Part shown: one piece after another, positions 1-8,565 of the stretch
Position numbering within the stretch: position 1 is the first letter of the stretch
How the letters are laid out: every line of letters begins with the position of its first letter
Assembly (NCBI GenBank): GCA_946533525.1
Contig: CAMNBW010000001.1
Location: forward strand, 1-33,731
Direction: 5' to 3'
From: an uncultured Lachnospiraceae bacterium
GTDB taxonomy: Bacteria; Bacillota; Clostridia; Lachnospirales; Lachnospiraceae
Length of the DNA stretch: 33,731 nucleotides
Program-made: the position numbers and the translations under genes
The notes under the pieces: model-generated
Told to the model about the DNA's origin: nothing
Databases searched by the model: none
The model's input: the letters and a program-made list of their open reading frames with translations, nothing else

Positions 1-45
1 ATGGGCGGATTCATATTCCTTGCCATTGATATTGACGGTAAACAT
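1..45 (-). CDS. 5' fragment of a gene running off the window (MFTVNINGKEYESAH...); resembles a 2Fe-2S N-terminus of a molybdenum hydroxylase such as selenium-dependent xanthine dehydrogenase
   Basis: Not in the ORF track. ATG at 45-43 is preceded by GGGAGGT; the frame is open to the window edge; the 'xxNG' beta-strand start resembles that of the 2Fe-2S subunit at 869-1342 (INFRLNGREV). Product is inferred from 15 aa and context only. Confidence 0.5.
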   Translation of the reverse strand, partial: MFTVNINGKEYESAH

Positions 46-56
46 AGGCACCTCCC

Positions 57-875
57 TCAAATGCCGAATTTAGCCAGAAAACTCCCAAGTAAATTCATGC
101 AGACATTTTTTCTGTACTCTGCGCTCACCCTGCCCTGGGTCAGTACCATGCGCTCCGCGTAGCTCTCCAGATATTTTTCCTTTAGCTCCCTGGCCTCCTC
201 TATGGTCTTCCCCAGCATCGTCTCCTCGAGATCCTTATAGCGGAGAACCGTATCCGCCACAGCTCCGAAGGCGGCGGCCAGCTTCGTTATCCTGCCATCC
301 TTTTCATCGAAGATCCCGGCAAATGAGACTCTCGATATGGCCAGGGCATTGCGTCCTCCAACCTTCTCATAGCTGTATCTATCCAGACCGGTCTTCGGCA
401 GCAAAACCTCCAAAATAAGCTCATCCTCACCCAGATCCAGCTTCTTTCTTCCGAGATAAAATTTATCTACATCCACTATTCTTTCCTTGTCACGGGAAGC
501 CAGCCTGAGCTTTGCGTCGCTTACGAATTCTATGAGCACCGAATCCGCCTTTGCAGAGCCGTTGCCCAGATTGCCGCCGAAGGTTCCCGCATTCCTTATG
601 GCCGGCGCGGCGATCCTTTTTAGAGCCTCCTTCATAAGGTCAGGCACTTTTTTGTCCTCAAGGGCCTGGGTAAAGGTCACTGCCGCACCTATCCTTATGT
701 ACTCGTCATCCTCGGTGATATTTCTTAATTCCGGTATCTTTCCCAAAAACAGATATTCCACTCCCTTGCGGTTCTCGACCATAAGATCGGTTCCCCCCGC
801 ATAGGGCACCACAGAGTGAGAGGAGCGGATCTCCAATGCCTCTGCCAGAGATGAAACGCTGTATCCGTTTACCAT
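57..875 (-). CDS. Xanthine dehydrogenase family FAD-binding subunit (CoxM/XdhB-like)
   Basis: AGGTDL and IRNAGTFGGNLGN FAD-binding motifs. Start re-assigned to ATG at 875 (MVNGYS), which overlaps the upstream stop (ATGGTAA) and follows AAGGAGG; the track's first 23 aa overlap the upstream gene. Confidence 0.92.
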   Translation of the reverse strand: MVNGYSVSSLAEALEIRSSHSVVPYAGGTDLMVENRKGVEYLFLGKIPELRNITEDDEYIRIGAAVTFTQALEDKKVPDLMKEALKRIAAPAIRNAGTFGGNLGNGSAKADSVLIEFVSDAKLRLASRDKERIVDVDKFYLGRKKLDLGEDELILEVLLPKTGLDRYSYEKVGGRNALAISRVSFAGIFDEKDGRITKLAAAFGAVADTVLRYKDLEETMLGKTIEEARELKEKYLESYAERMVLTQGRVSAEYRKNVCMNLLGSFLAKFGI

Positions 876-1342
876 AGTCCCTTGCCCTCCTTTGCAGCCA
901 GTCCCACCGCATTTACAATGGCATTGTAGCCGGTACAGCGGCACAGATTACCCGACAGCCCTTCTCTTATCTCTTCCTCGGTGGGCTGAGGATTTTGAGA
1001 CAACAGCGCCTCTGCAGCCAGGACCATCCCCGGTATACAGAAGCCGCACTGCACAGCCGACAGTTCTCCGAAAGCCCTGTCCAGCACCTCGAAGCGCCTG
1101 GTCTCCCGGAAGCCTTCCATAGTCACCACTTCCGCTCCTTCTATCGCTCCCATAGCCACGCAGCAGGAATTGAAGAGCACCCCGTCAATTAAAACCGAGC
1201 AGGCTCCGCACTCGCCTTCCTTGCAGCCACACTTCACACTCGTGCATAGATATGTGTTCCTGAGTACGTCCAGTAAGCGGTCAGCAGCGCTTCCGCTGTA
1301 GGAAACCTCCCTGCCGTTTAACCTGAAATTTATATCAGACAT
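869..1342 (-). CDS. Xanthine dehydrogenase family (2Fe-2S)-binding subunit (CoxS/XdhC-like)
   Basis: KCGCKEGECGACSV...C and QCGFC...GNLCRCTGY motifs for two 2Fe-2S clusters; RBS GGAGGTG. Confidence 0.95.
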   Translation of the reverse strand: MSDINFRLNGREVSYSGSAADRLLDVLRNTYLCTSVKCGCKEGECGACSVLIDGVLFNSCCVAMGAIEGAEVVTMEGFRETRRFEVLDRAFGELSAVQCGFCIPGMVLAAEALLSQNPQPTEEEIREGLSGNLCRCTGYNAIVNAVGLAAKEGKGLW

Positions 1343-1343
1343 T

Positions 1344-3467
1344 TCAGCCCACCTCCTTCATTACTGCACGGAGGGTATCCTCCGCCGTGAAAGGTGCATG
1401 ATTGAGCTCTATTCCTCCGAGAGCCTGCTCCATAGCCTCAAGATAGGCCGCCGGAGCTCCTACGAGGGGAAGCTCACCGGCCCCCTTGGCCCCGTAGGGA
1501 CCGTCGGGATATTTCTCCACATGGAGCATGCATTTAAGCTTAGGCACGTCCTTTGTAGTCGGGATAAGGTAGTCCGAAAGGGAATTATTGCGTATCCGCC
1601 CCTTGGAGTCATAGTCCATCTTTTCTATTGAAGCATAGCCTATACCCTGCAGGAAGCCTCCCTCCATCTGTCCCATTACCACGTTATAGTCCACAGGGGT
1701 TCCCACATCGAAGGAACCGTAGGCTCCGAGAACCTTTGAAACCCCCGTATAGGTATCCACTTCCAGCTCGATCGCATTCACCGCCCAGGAATAGGTGGGA
1801 TAGGCGTCTCCCTCAAACTTATCGATATAAAAAGGTATAACGAAGTCCGGCTCCTTATAGTGCTCCTCTACCTCCTGCTCCTCCCCGTCCTTCCACTGCT
1901 CCCGCAGCTTTATCGCGGCCCGGCGCAGAAGCTCTCCGACTATCATAAGGGAGCGGGAGGCTACGGTCGGCCCGGAATCCGGCACCCTGGCGGTGTCCGG
2001 ATGCTCGTAGAAGACCTTTTCCAGCGGAAGGTTCAACTCATTCGCAACAATCTTGGGGAAGGTGGTCCTGACACCCTGGCCTATATCTCCGTTGGAGGCA
2101 AGTATCTCCACCCTTCCGTCCTCATATTTGCGAAGCTTTGCCACCGCCTTGATAAGGTCGCGCTCTCCTGCCCCGGTAAAGCCCGCACCGTGGAAATACA
2201 TGGACATCCCTATGCCTCTTCTGTATCGTCCCGTCTGGGCTTTTGCATATTCCCTGCGTTTGTTTTCAAAATCGCTTTCCTTTACCACCTCGTCTATCAT
2301 CTCAGGAATAGGAACCGGGAAATGATATTTTCCGCAGGTGGAGGTCTGATCTCCCTGCTTTACCAGATGGGCTTTCTTGAACTCCAGCGGCTCCTTTCCC
2401 AGATCCCTTGCTATGTGGCTCATTAACATCTCCACCGCGAAAAAGGTCTGGGGACCGCCGAAGCCCCGGTAGGCTCCGCAGGGCGAAGTATTGGTCTTGA
2501 CCGCGCTTCCGTGAACCCGCACATTGGGAATATTGTATATCCCTGGAGAAGCTATTATCCCCCTTTGAAGAACTACGGCGGAGAGAGTCGAATAAGCGCC
2601 TGCGTTGAATTTCACGTCTATATCCAGGGCCGTGACCTTCCCGTCCCTGACCGCCGCCTTATACCTGCATAGTGAAGGGTGCCTTTTGGAGGTATATTCC
2701 ATATCCTCACGCCTGTCGAAAACACAGCGCACCGGCTTGCCGCACTTGCGGGCTGCAACCGCCACCTGGCAGCCTAAAATCGACGGAAACGCCTCCTTTC
2801 CGCCGAAACCGCCCCCCGTAACGTCCTGTTTAATATGCACTCCTGTGGGGCCGCAGCCAAGGGCTCTCATTACAGCTCCGTGGATATAGTAAGCGCACTG
2901 GGCGGAGCCGTGGACGAACATCCTGCCGCCCTCCTCGGGCTCGGCCATCATCCCCTGAGTCTCCAGATAAGCCTGCTCCTGATACCCGGTCTCAAACTCC
3001 TCTTCATAGGTCTTGTCCGCCTCTGCGAAGGCTTTGTCTACATCTCCGTGACCGAAGTGATAGTCAAAAAACTTCTCTTCCGCGCTGCGAAAATCCAAAA
3101 CAGGCTCCATTTCCTCATAGTTGACCCTGCACTCATCCCTTAAGCGGGCGACCTCATTTTCATCGGGTCCGCATATCATGGCTATGGGCTCGCCGATGTA
3201 TTCGACGGTATCACGGCTGAATACCGGGGTGTCGTCCAGGACTATATTTACGTTGTTATCCCCGGGAACGTCCCGGGCATCGACATAAAAATAGCCTTCG
3301 GGCAGCTTTGGCACCTCAACCCCGAGGATCTTCGCCCGGGCAACCTTAGAGTGGAGCAGCTTGCCGCAGAGCACGCCCTCCGACGGATAGTCGGCGACAT
3401 AAATGCTGCGGCCGGAAACCTTTGGTGCATGATCCTTTTTGACCACGCTCTGACTTATCTTCTCCAT
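1344..3467 (-). CDS. Xanthine dehydrogenase family molybdopterin-binding subunit
   Basis: GGGFGGK, AYRGFG, GQG, GQMEGG and GAKGAGE (catalytic Glu) motifs; RBS AGGAGG. Substrate cannot be determined from sequence. Confidence 0.95.
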   Translation of the reverse strand: MEKISQSVVKKDHAPKVSGRSIYVADYPSEGVLCGKLLHSKVARAKILGVEVPKLPEGYFYVDARDVPGDNNVNIVLDDTPVFSRDTVEYIGEPIAMICGPDENEVARLRDECRVNYEEMEPVLDFRSAEEKFFDYHFGHGDVDKAFAEADKTYEEEFETGYQEQAYLETQGMMAEPEEGGRMFVHGSAQCAYYIHGAVMRALGCGPTGVHIKQDVTGGGFGGKEAFPSILGCQVAVAARKCGKPVRCVFDRREDMEYTSKRHPSLCRYKAAVRDGKVTALDIDVKFNAGAYSTLSAVVLQRGIIASPGIYNIPNVRVHGSAVKTNTSPCGAYRGFGGPQTFFAVEMLMSHIARDLGKEPLEFKKAHLVKQGDQTSTCGKYHFPVPIPEMIDEVVKESDFENKRREYAKAQTGRYRRGIGMSMYFHGAGFTGAGERDLIKAVAKLRKYEDGRVEILASNGDIGQGVRTTFPKIVANELNLPLEKVFYEHPDTARVPDSGPTVASRSLMIVGELLRRAAIKLREQWKDGEEQEVEEHYKEPDFVIPFYIDKFEGDAYPTYSWAVNAIELEVDTYTGVSKVLGAYGSFDVGTPVDYNVVMGQMEGGFLQGIGYASIEKMDYDSKGRIRNNSLSDYLIPTTKDVPKLKCMLHVEKYPDGPYGAKGAGELPLVGAPAAYLEAMEQALGGIELNHAPFTAEDTLRAVMKEVG

Positions 3468-3493
3468 TTCGCCTTTCCTCCTGTATTTATAAG

Positions 3494-3512
3494 AAGGCGC
3501 CGGCAGCGCCTT
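3494..3512 (-). terminator. GC-rich hairpin between the MocA-like gene and the Mo subunit (weak terminator or RNA-stability element)
   Basis: AAGGCGC-N5-GCGCCTT perfect 7-bp stem; only a weak U-tract on the minus strand. Confidence 0.35.
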
Positions 3513-3532
3513 TCTGTAACTGTTCTTAACAG

Positions 3533-4138
3533 TTATGCCCTACTTTTAAGTTTTTCGTAATCCTCTGGTGTGTCAAGATCCGTCATCACACCCTCGTCCT
3601 CTACGGGAACCCTTATCATATCTGCCCCGCAGCTCTTCCAAAAGCCTCTTAATCCGCCCTCACCCTCATAGCTTAAAATTGCAGGGATGAGCTTTGCGGA
3701 GATCAGGGGAGGATGTCCCGAGCGCCCTCCTGTTTCAGGAAAGATAACGTCCGGTATTCTATCTCCGGCTTCAGCGGCTTTTTCCATCAGGAGTCTCAAG
3801 GTCTCCGGTCTTACCGCAGGCATATCGCCCGGAAGGAAAAAGAAGGCGTCACACTCCGGCAGGGATCTTAAGCCTGTCTTTACCGAATACAGCATATCAG
3901 TATCCCTGTATGACCTGTTGCAGACAGTCACTACCCTATCTCCAAAGGCTTTTTTCAGGATTTCCTCTATCTCCTCAGCGCGGTACCCGGTCACTACCAC
4001 CGCAGGCTCTGTGATCACGCTCAGAACAGTCCCTACGGTGTTTTCAATAACTGTCTTACCCTTAAATGAAAGCAGCGGCTTAAACGCACCCATCCGAGAG
4101 GACAAGCCTGCTGCGGTTATTATTGCCCCAATATCCAT
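3533..4138 (-). CDS. mocA: Molybdenum cofactor cytidylyltransferase-like nucleotidyltransferase (MocA/YgfJ family)
   Basis: AAGLSSRMG..KPLL, PGDMP, GHPPL and DLDTPEDY motifs; lies directly upstream of a xanthine dehydrogenase family enzyme, a family that typically uses the MCD cofactor. Confidence 0.85.
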   Translation of the reverse strand: MDIGAIITAAGLSSRMGAFKPLLSFKGKTVIENTVGTVLSVITEPAVVVTGYRAEEIEEILKKAFGDRVVTVCNRSYRDTDMLYSVKTGLRSLPECDAFFFLPGDMPAVRPETLRLLMEKAAEAGDRIPDVIFPETGGRSGHPPLISAKLIPAILSYEGEGGLRGFWKSCGADMIRVPVEDEGVMTDLDTPEDYEKLKSRA

Positions 4139-4224
4139 TTATTGTACTTTTTTATAAACACAGTACCCATGTCAGCAGTTTTATTGTATAATTTTACTAT
4201 ATTTTCAGGGAGTGTACAACGAAA

Positions 4225-5118
4225 ATGTATCTTTGGGAAATTCCGACAAACGAAAGCATTGTTGTATCGTTCGACTTAAATTCAAAGCGCTATGACTTCA
4301 ATACCGAGCTTATTCCCATAAGGTGCCGCGTGCCCAACTCCATTTATACGGAGCCAATCGTGGTTTCCGGTAAGATCATGCGCTTTAGCAGCATGCTTAA
4401 AAACATAACCATAAGATACTTAAACAGGCGCTCCGGAAGAACTCATACCTGGGACGGCGTCACTATTAAATATGAACAGCCTCCCAAGAATCTCTATGTG
4501 ATCACATGCGAAAAGGACAGCTTCCAGATAAATCGCCGCAGAGCCGTAAGAATTCCTGTGAATAAAAAGGCCGAATGCAGGATCAGCCTGCTGGAAGGGA
4601 ATTATAAATGTATAATAAACGATATTTCGGTTACCGGCATAGGAATTAATATAGATGTGGCTCTGGCCAATAAAAATCTTTTTCACCGGATCATCAGCAC
4701 CAAATTTACCGATCCGGCCCTTAGAAAGACCTTCTATATAGAGGCCAGGTGCCTGCACTGTACCCAGATCGACCCGAAGATCGTGCGCTGCGGCTGTGAG
4801 ATAATTTCTGTGGATCCGCCCATAAACGAATACATTAATTCGAAGCAGATCAAAAATCTTGCCAAGGCATCCCAGCGCGAAGAGATAGAAGAGACCGACA
4901 TTTTCTATGAATCCGAACAGACTCCGGAAAATGATGCCCTTTCCGAGCCGATTGAAAAGGCTGAAGCCGAAGAGGATGAAAAGGACAGTTGGACCTCCAA
5001 GCCTGATGACAAGCTTATTATCGGTGAGGGGGAGTTGTGTCCCGTCTGCGAAAAGGGAAGGCTGCATAAATCCATGGGATACTTTATATGCGAAAGCTGC
5101 GGTTCTATGCTGGACTAA
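4225..5118 (+). CDS. PilZ-domain (c-di-GMP receptor-like) protein with acidic linker and C-terminal C4 zinc ribbon
   Basis: RRRAVR (RxxxR) and DISVTG (DxSxxG) PilZ signatures; terminal CPVC-x13-CESC; GGGAG upstream of the ATG and TATAAT at 4187-4192. Confidence 0.8.
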   Translation: MYLWEIPTNESIVVSFDLNSKRYDFNTELIPIRCRVPNSIYTEPIVVSGKIMRFSSMLKNITIRYLNRRSGRTHTWDGVTIKYEQPPKNLYVITCEKDSFQINRRRAVRIPVNKKAECRISLLEGNYKCIINDISVTGIGINIDVALANKNLFHRIISTKFTDPALRKTFYIEARCLHCTQIDPKIVRCGCEIISVDPPINEYINSKQIKNLAKASQREEIEETDIFYESEQTPENDALSEPIEKAEAEEDEKDSWTSKPDDKLIIGEGELCPVCEKGRLHKSMGYFICESCGSMLD

Positions 5119-5144
5119 CGGACAGCCATTCGATAACGCTAGTT

Positions 5145-6617
5145 TTATAATTCATCCTTAAATAGCTCGCGTTTTCTTTCAACCATCTCGTCGATCCTGT
5201 TAAGATACTGCTCTATATCCTTGGGTGTATCGCAGCGCGCGATATGCTTTCCGTCGGGGGTAACCCGCTTGGACACGGTTCCGGCCCCGCAGGCAACGAG
5301 AGACTGTATCTCCTCCATGATCACTATATTATAAATCCCCTCCGAACCCGGCCTTGCAAAACCGGTATTTTCATAATTACCCGATATATTCTTCTGGCGG
5401 TACAGGTAATACGGCTTAAGTCCCATGGACGCTGCGCAGTCTGAGGAGAGCTTTACGGCTCTTGAAATATTGTCAGAAGAAGTTTCAGTTTCCTGTCCCG
5501 GTTTTTCTTTCTCCGCTGCGCTCTCAAGCCACTCCTCTTTTAAGACAGAACCCCGCTTTAGGGCCAGCGAATGGACTGTGAGATCATCCGGAGCCAGTCG
5601 GGCTATCTCATCAAGAGTATATTTAACGTCCTCCTCCGTCTCTCCGGGCAGTCCGAGGATAATATCCATATTGATATTTCCGAAGCCCTCTTCCCTTGCC
5701 ATATGGAATGCATTACGTATGTTATCTGCACTATGGTGGCGTCCTATACGTCTCAGGGTTTCATCGTTCATAGTCTGGGGATTGACGCAGATTCGGCTTA
5801 TTCCGTACTTTTTCATTATGCGGAGCTTATCCCTTGTTATAGAATCCGGTCTGCCCGCTTCCAGGGTGTACTCGACAGCCCCTGCCGTATTTATTTTTGC
5901 AGCTATGAGTTCCAGCAGTTTTTCGAGGGACTTTTCGTCAAGAGAGGTGGGAGTACCCCCTCCGATATATATTGTATCGGGGTTTTTGCCCCTTCCGGCT
6001 GTCCGGACAAACTCAAGCTCCTTCTCCAGAGCGCCGAAATATTCATCTATCCTGTCCCTCCATTTTTCTATGGGGTAGGAGGCGAAGGAGCAATAGGTAC
6101 ATCTTGACGGGCAGAAGGGAATTCCTACATATAAGCTGTAGGAGGGAAGAACTCCTCCCGTTAACCCTTCCGGATGCACCCTTTCAAGTACCTGCCTTTG
6201 TCTGGAAGCTATTTCAACTGCCAGCTCCGCCTTTTCTTCACTGACATAATAAAGCTCCCTTAAAGCCTCCCGGGCTTCGCCGGCGGTGCCCCTTTCGTTT
6301 ATGAGTTTGGAGGCAAGCCTTACGGGGCGAACCCCTGTCAGAGTCCCCCAGGGGAGTTCCCTTCCCGTCGCTTCCTTCAATCTCGTATATATTTCTCTCT
6401 TAAGGATATTTCTGAGCTCGGACCCGGAAAGGATGTCAGCTTCGGGAATTTCAATAACGATAGTTTCTATACTCTCAGCTTCTATCCTCGTGCATAAAAT
6501 ATCGCCCGATATGCCTTCAAGAAGATGGTTTTTTACCGGTCTTCCCGGGAAAAAGGCCTTGACCAGGGAATCGGCATCATAGCGAAACACCTCCTTAGAG
6601 ACCCATACCTCTGTCAT
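5145..6617 (-). CDS. hemZ: HemZ-type coproporphyrinogen dehydrogenase-like radical SAM protein
   Basis: PWGTLTGVRP, YVGIPFCPSRCTYCSF (CxxxCxxC), GGGTPT, EAGRPD and PYYLYRQKN motifs; ATGA overlap with the upstream gene. Confidence 0.9.
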   Translation of the reverse strand: MTEVWVSKEVFRYDADSLVKAFFPGRPVKNHLLEGISGDILCTRIEAESIETIVIEIPEADILSGSELRNILKREIYTRLKEATGRELPWGTLTGVRPVRLASKLINERGTAGEAREALRELYYVSEEKAELAVEIASRQRQVLERVHPEGLTGGVLPSYSLYVGIPFCPSRCTYCSFASYPIEKWRDRIDEYFGALEKELEFVRTAGRGKNPDTIYIGGGTPTSLDEKSLEKLLELIAAKINTAGAVEYTLEAGRPDSITRDKLRIMKKYGISRICVNPQTMNDETLRRIGRHHSADNIRNAFHMAREEGFGNINMDIILGLPGETEEDVKYTLDEIARLAPDDLTVHSLALKRGSVLKEEWLESAAEKEKPGQETETSSDNISRAVKLSSDCAASMGLKPYYLYRQKNISGNYENTGFARPGSEGIYNIVIMEEIQSLVACGAGTVSKRVTPDGKHIARCDTPKDIEQYLNRIDEMVERKRELFKDEL

Positions 6618-7255
6618 TGTCCTTTCCCCGCGCTTTCTCCCTTGCTCCAGGTAATAAGCAGCGTGCCGTTTCGCACATCAATATAGGCCGGCTTCCCGAT
6701 AAATTCGTTGCTGACTCCCAGAGGAAAGGCATTGTTCAGCCTTTCATCCTCGAGCTCATATTTTAAACCCTTTATGGTTACGGAGTCGGAAACCTCGCTC
6801 AGCGAAAAGACAGATACATATCCGCTGTTATTTCTAGGAAGGCTGAACTGACAGTTTCTTATAACAGTCATTATTGTATCTTTATAGTGTAAATAGCCGA
6901 ATTTCCTGTTCTCAGCCAGATAGGTTATAAGCTGGATATTGGCCATCGTATGATCGGGCCGGCCTCCGCCGCCGCCATAGATATGAAAATTCCAGTACCC
7001 TCTTCTTTCGCCTATGCTGACCGCCGCGTGCATATCCGTAACATCCTTTTCGACGGGAAGGGTAACTATCTCAACTCCCTGTACTTCGGGCTTTTTCCCA
7101 TAGGAATCGAAGTCTCCCACAATAATGTCAGGCTTGATGCCGAGCTCTTCAAGATATTTATACCCCTTATCAGCAGCAATGAGGAGATCCCTCTCTCCCG
7201 GAAGCTCGTCTATTCCGCCGAAATCCCCTCCGCCTACAATCACACACATCGACAT
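6614..7255 (-). CDS. thiN: Thiamine diphosphokinase
   Basis: AADKG, GDFDS, EKDVTD, GGRPDH, GLKYEL and GVSNEF motifs. Confidence 0.93.
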   Translation of the reverse strand: MSMCVIVGGGDFGGIDELPGERDLLIAADKGYKYLEELGIKPDIIVGDFDSYGKKPEVQGVEIVTLPVEKDVTDMHAAVSIGERRGYWNFHIYGGGGGRPDHTMANIQLITYLAENRKFGYLHYKDTIMTVIRNCQFSLPRNNSGYVSVFSLSEVSDSVTIKGLKYELEDERLNNAFPLGVSNEFIGKPAYIDVRNGTLLITWSKGESAGKGQ

Positions 7256-7260
7256 GGCTT

Positions 7261-8565
7261 TTAACCCTGTATATACATTACGCTGTAAGGCTCAAGGTGG
7301 AGACAGCCGTTTACTTCGATCTCCCGCCCGCTCAGAAGCTCCGTCGCCTTGCCGAGACCGTAATCATAGTGCGCATCAAAGGGATTTCCGTCCGCATTGA
7401 AGGCCGCTATGACTCTTTTTTCGCCGCAGCGCCTCTCGAACACACACTGTCTGTTGGTCAGCACCAGACTCTTGAATTCCCCGTAATTAAGCGCTTCCGA
7501 CTCTCTTTTTACCCTGCTCATAGCTGCAATCATATCGGTAAGGGAGTTCCATTCCGGTTTCTCAAAATGCGGTCTCAGCGCCGGATCGCCCTGGGATTTA
7601 TCCGCCTTAACTCCCCACTCACTTCCATAATAGATCATCGGTATGCCGGGCATGGCAAAGAGCAGGCCGTAGATCACCGGAAGATGCTTTTCGTTATTAA
7701 GTATACTTGCCACACGGCTTACGTCGTGGTTGTCCACAAAGTTCAAAAGATGCTTACCCTTGTAAAGCGTCCAGTTTTCCGGTCCGAACTGCCTTAAGAG
7801 GGAATGTATGATCTCATACATATTCATGCTGTTAAAGCTGGAATACAGACCCTTATAACACTCGTAATTTGTTACGCTGTGACAAGCGTTATCATTCATG
7901 AACTGGTTATAATCCCCGTGTATCATTTCTCCCACAAGGAAAAAGTCCTCCTTAAGGCCATCAGTAAAATGCCTGAGCCTTGACAGGAAGCCCCTGTCCA
8001 GACAATATGCCACGTCCAGTCTGAGTCCGTCTATATCAAATTCGTCCACCCAGCCTTTGACAGCTCCCAGGATATGCTCCACAACATGGTCATTTTTCAG
8101 GTTAAGCTTTACCAGGTCGTAATTCCCTTCCCAGCCTTCATACCATAGGCCGTCATTGTAGTTGGAATTCCCGTCAAAGCTTATATGGAACCAGTCTTTA
8201 AACTGCGAATCCCAACGCTTTTCCTGTACATCCCTGAAGGCCCAGAAGCCTCTTCCCACATGATTGAAGACACCGTCGATAACGACCTTTATCTTTTCCT
8301 CATGCAGCTTTTTTACAAGCTCTGCAAATTCTTCGTTGGTACCGAGCCTTACATCGATCTTTGTATAATCACGTGTGTTATAGCCATGCGTATCCGATTC
8401 AAAGATCGGTGAAAAATAGACGGCGTTCACCCCCAGCTTCTTTAAATGGGGTATCCACTCCGCAAACCGGCTCAAGCCGTGCCTTTGCACCCCGTCATTC
8501 TCGAAGGGAGCTCCCGCAAAACCCATCGGGTAAATCTGATAAAATACACTTTCATCTGCCCACAT
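7261..8565 (-). CDS. Cytoplasmic GH13 alpha-amylase family hydrolase (neopullulanase/cyclomaltodextrinase-like)
   Basis: FYQIYP, HGY, DGVFNH, DGLRLDVA (nucleophile), GEMIH (acid/base) and NHD motifs; no signal peptide. Start re-assigned to ATG 8565 (MWADES) behind AAGGAGA. Confidence 0.9.
   Translation of the reverse strand: MWADESVFYQIYPMGFAGAPFENDGVQRHGLSRFAEWIPHLKKLGVNAVYFSPIFESDTHGYNTRDYTKIDVRLGTNEEFAELVKKLHEEKIKVVIDGVFNHVGRGFWAFRDVQEKRWDSQFKDWFHISFDGNSNYNDGLWYEGWEGNYDLVKLNLKNDHVVEHILGAVKGWVDEFDIDGLRLDVAYCLDRGFLSRLRHFTDGLKEDFFLVGEMIHGDYNQFMNDNACHSVTNYECYKGLYSSFNSMNMYEIIHSLLRQFGPENWTLYKGKHLLNFVDNHDVSRVASILNNEKHLPVIYGLLFAMPGIPMIYYGSEWGVKADKSQGDPALRPHFEKPEWNSLTDMIAAMSRVKRESEALNYGEFKSLVLTNRQCVFERRCGEKRVIAAFNADGNPFDAHYDYGLGKATELLSGREIEVNGCLHLEPYSVMYIQG

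Noticed and set aside
876-944. Cys-rich N-terminal extension (CHCKCGGTGC) on the FAD subunit in the ORF track
   Set aside because: It is the alternative frame of the 2Fe-2S subunit's 3' end; the RBS-supported start is at 875.
57-3467. Selenocysteine (TGA) read-through or frameshift fusing the molybdoenzyme subunits
   Set aside because: The TGA stops at 1344-1346 and 57-59 fall at natural domain ends, each next gene has its own RBS and ATG, and the subunits look complete.
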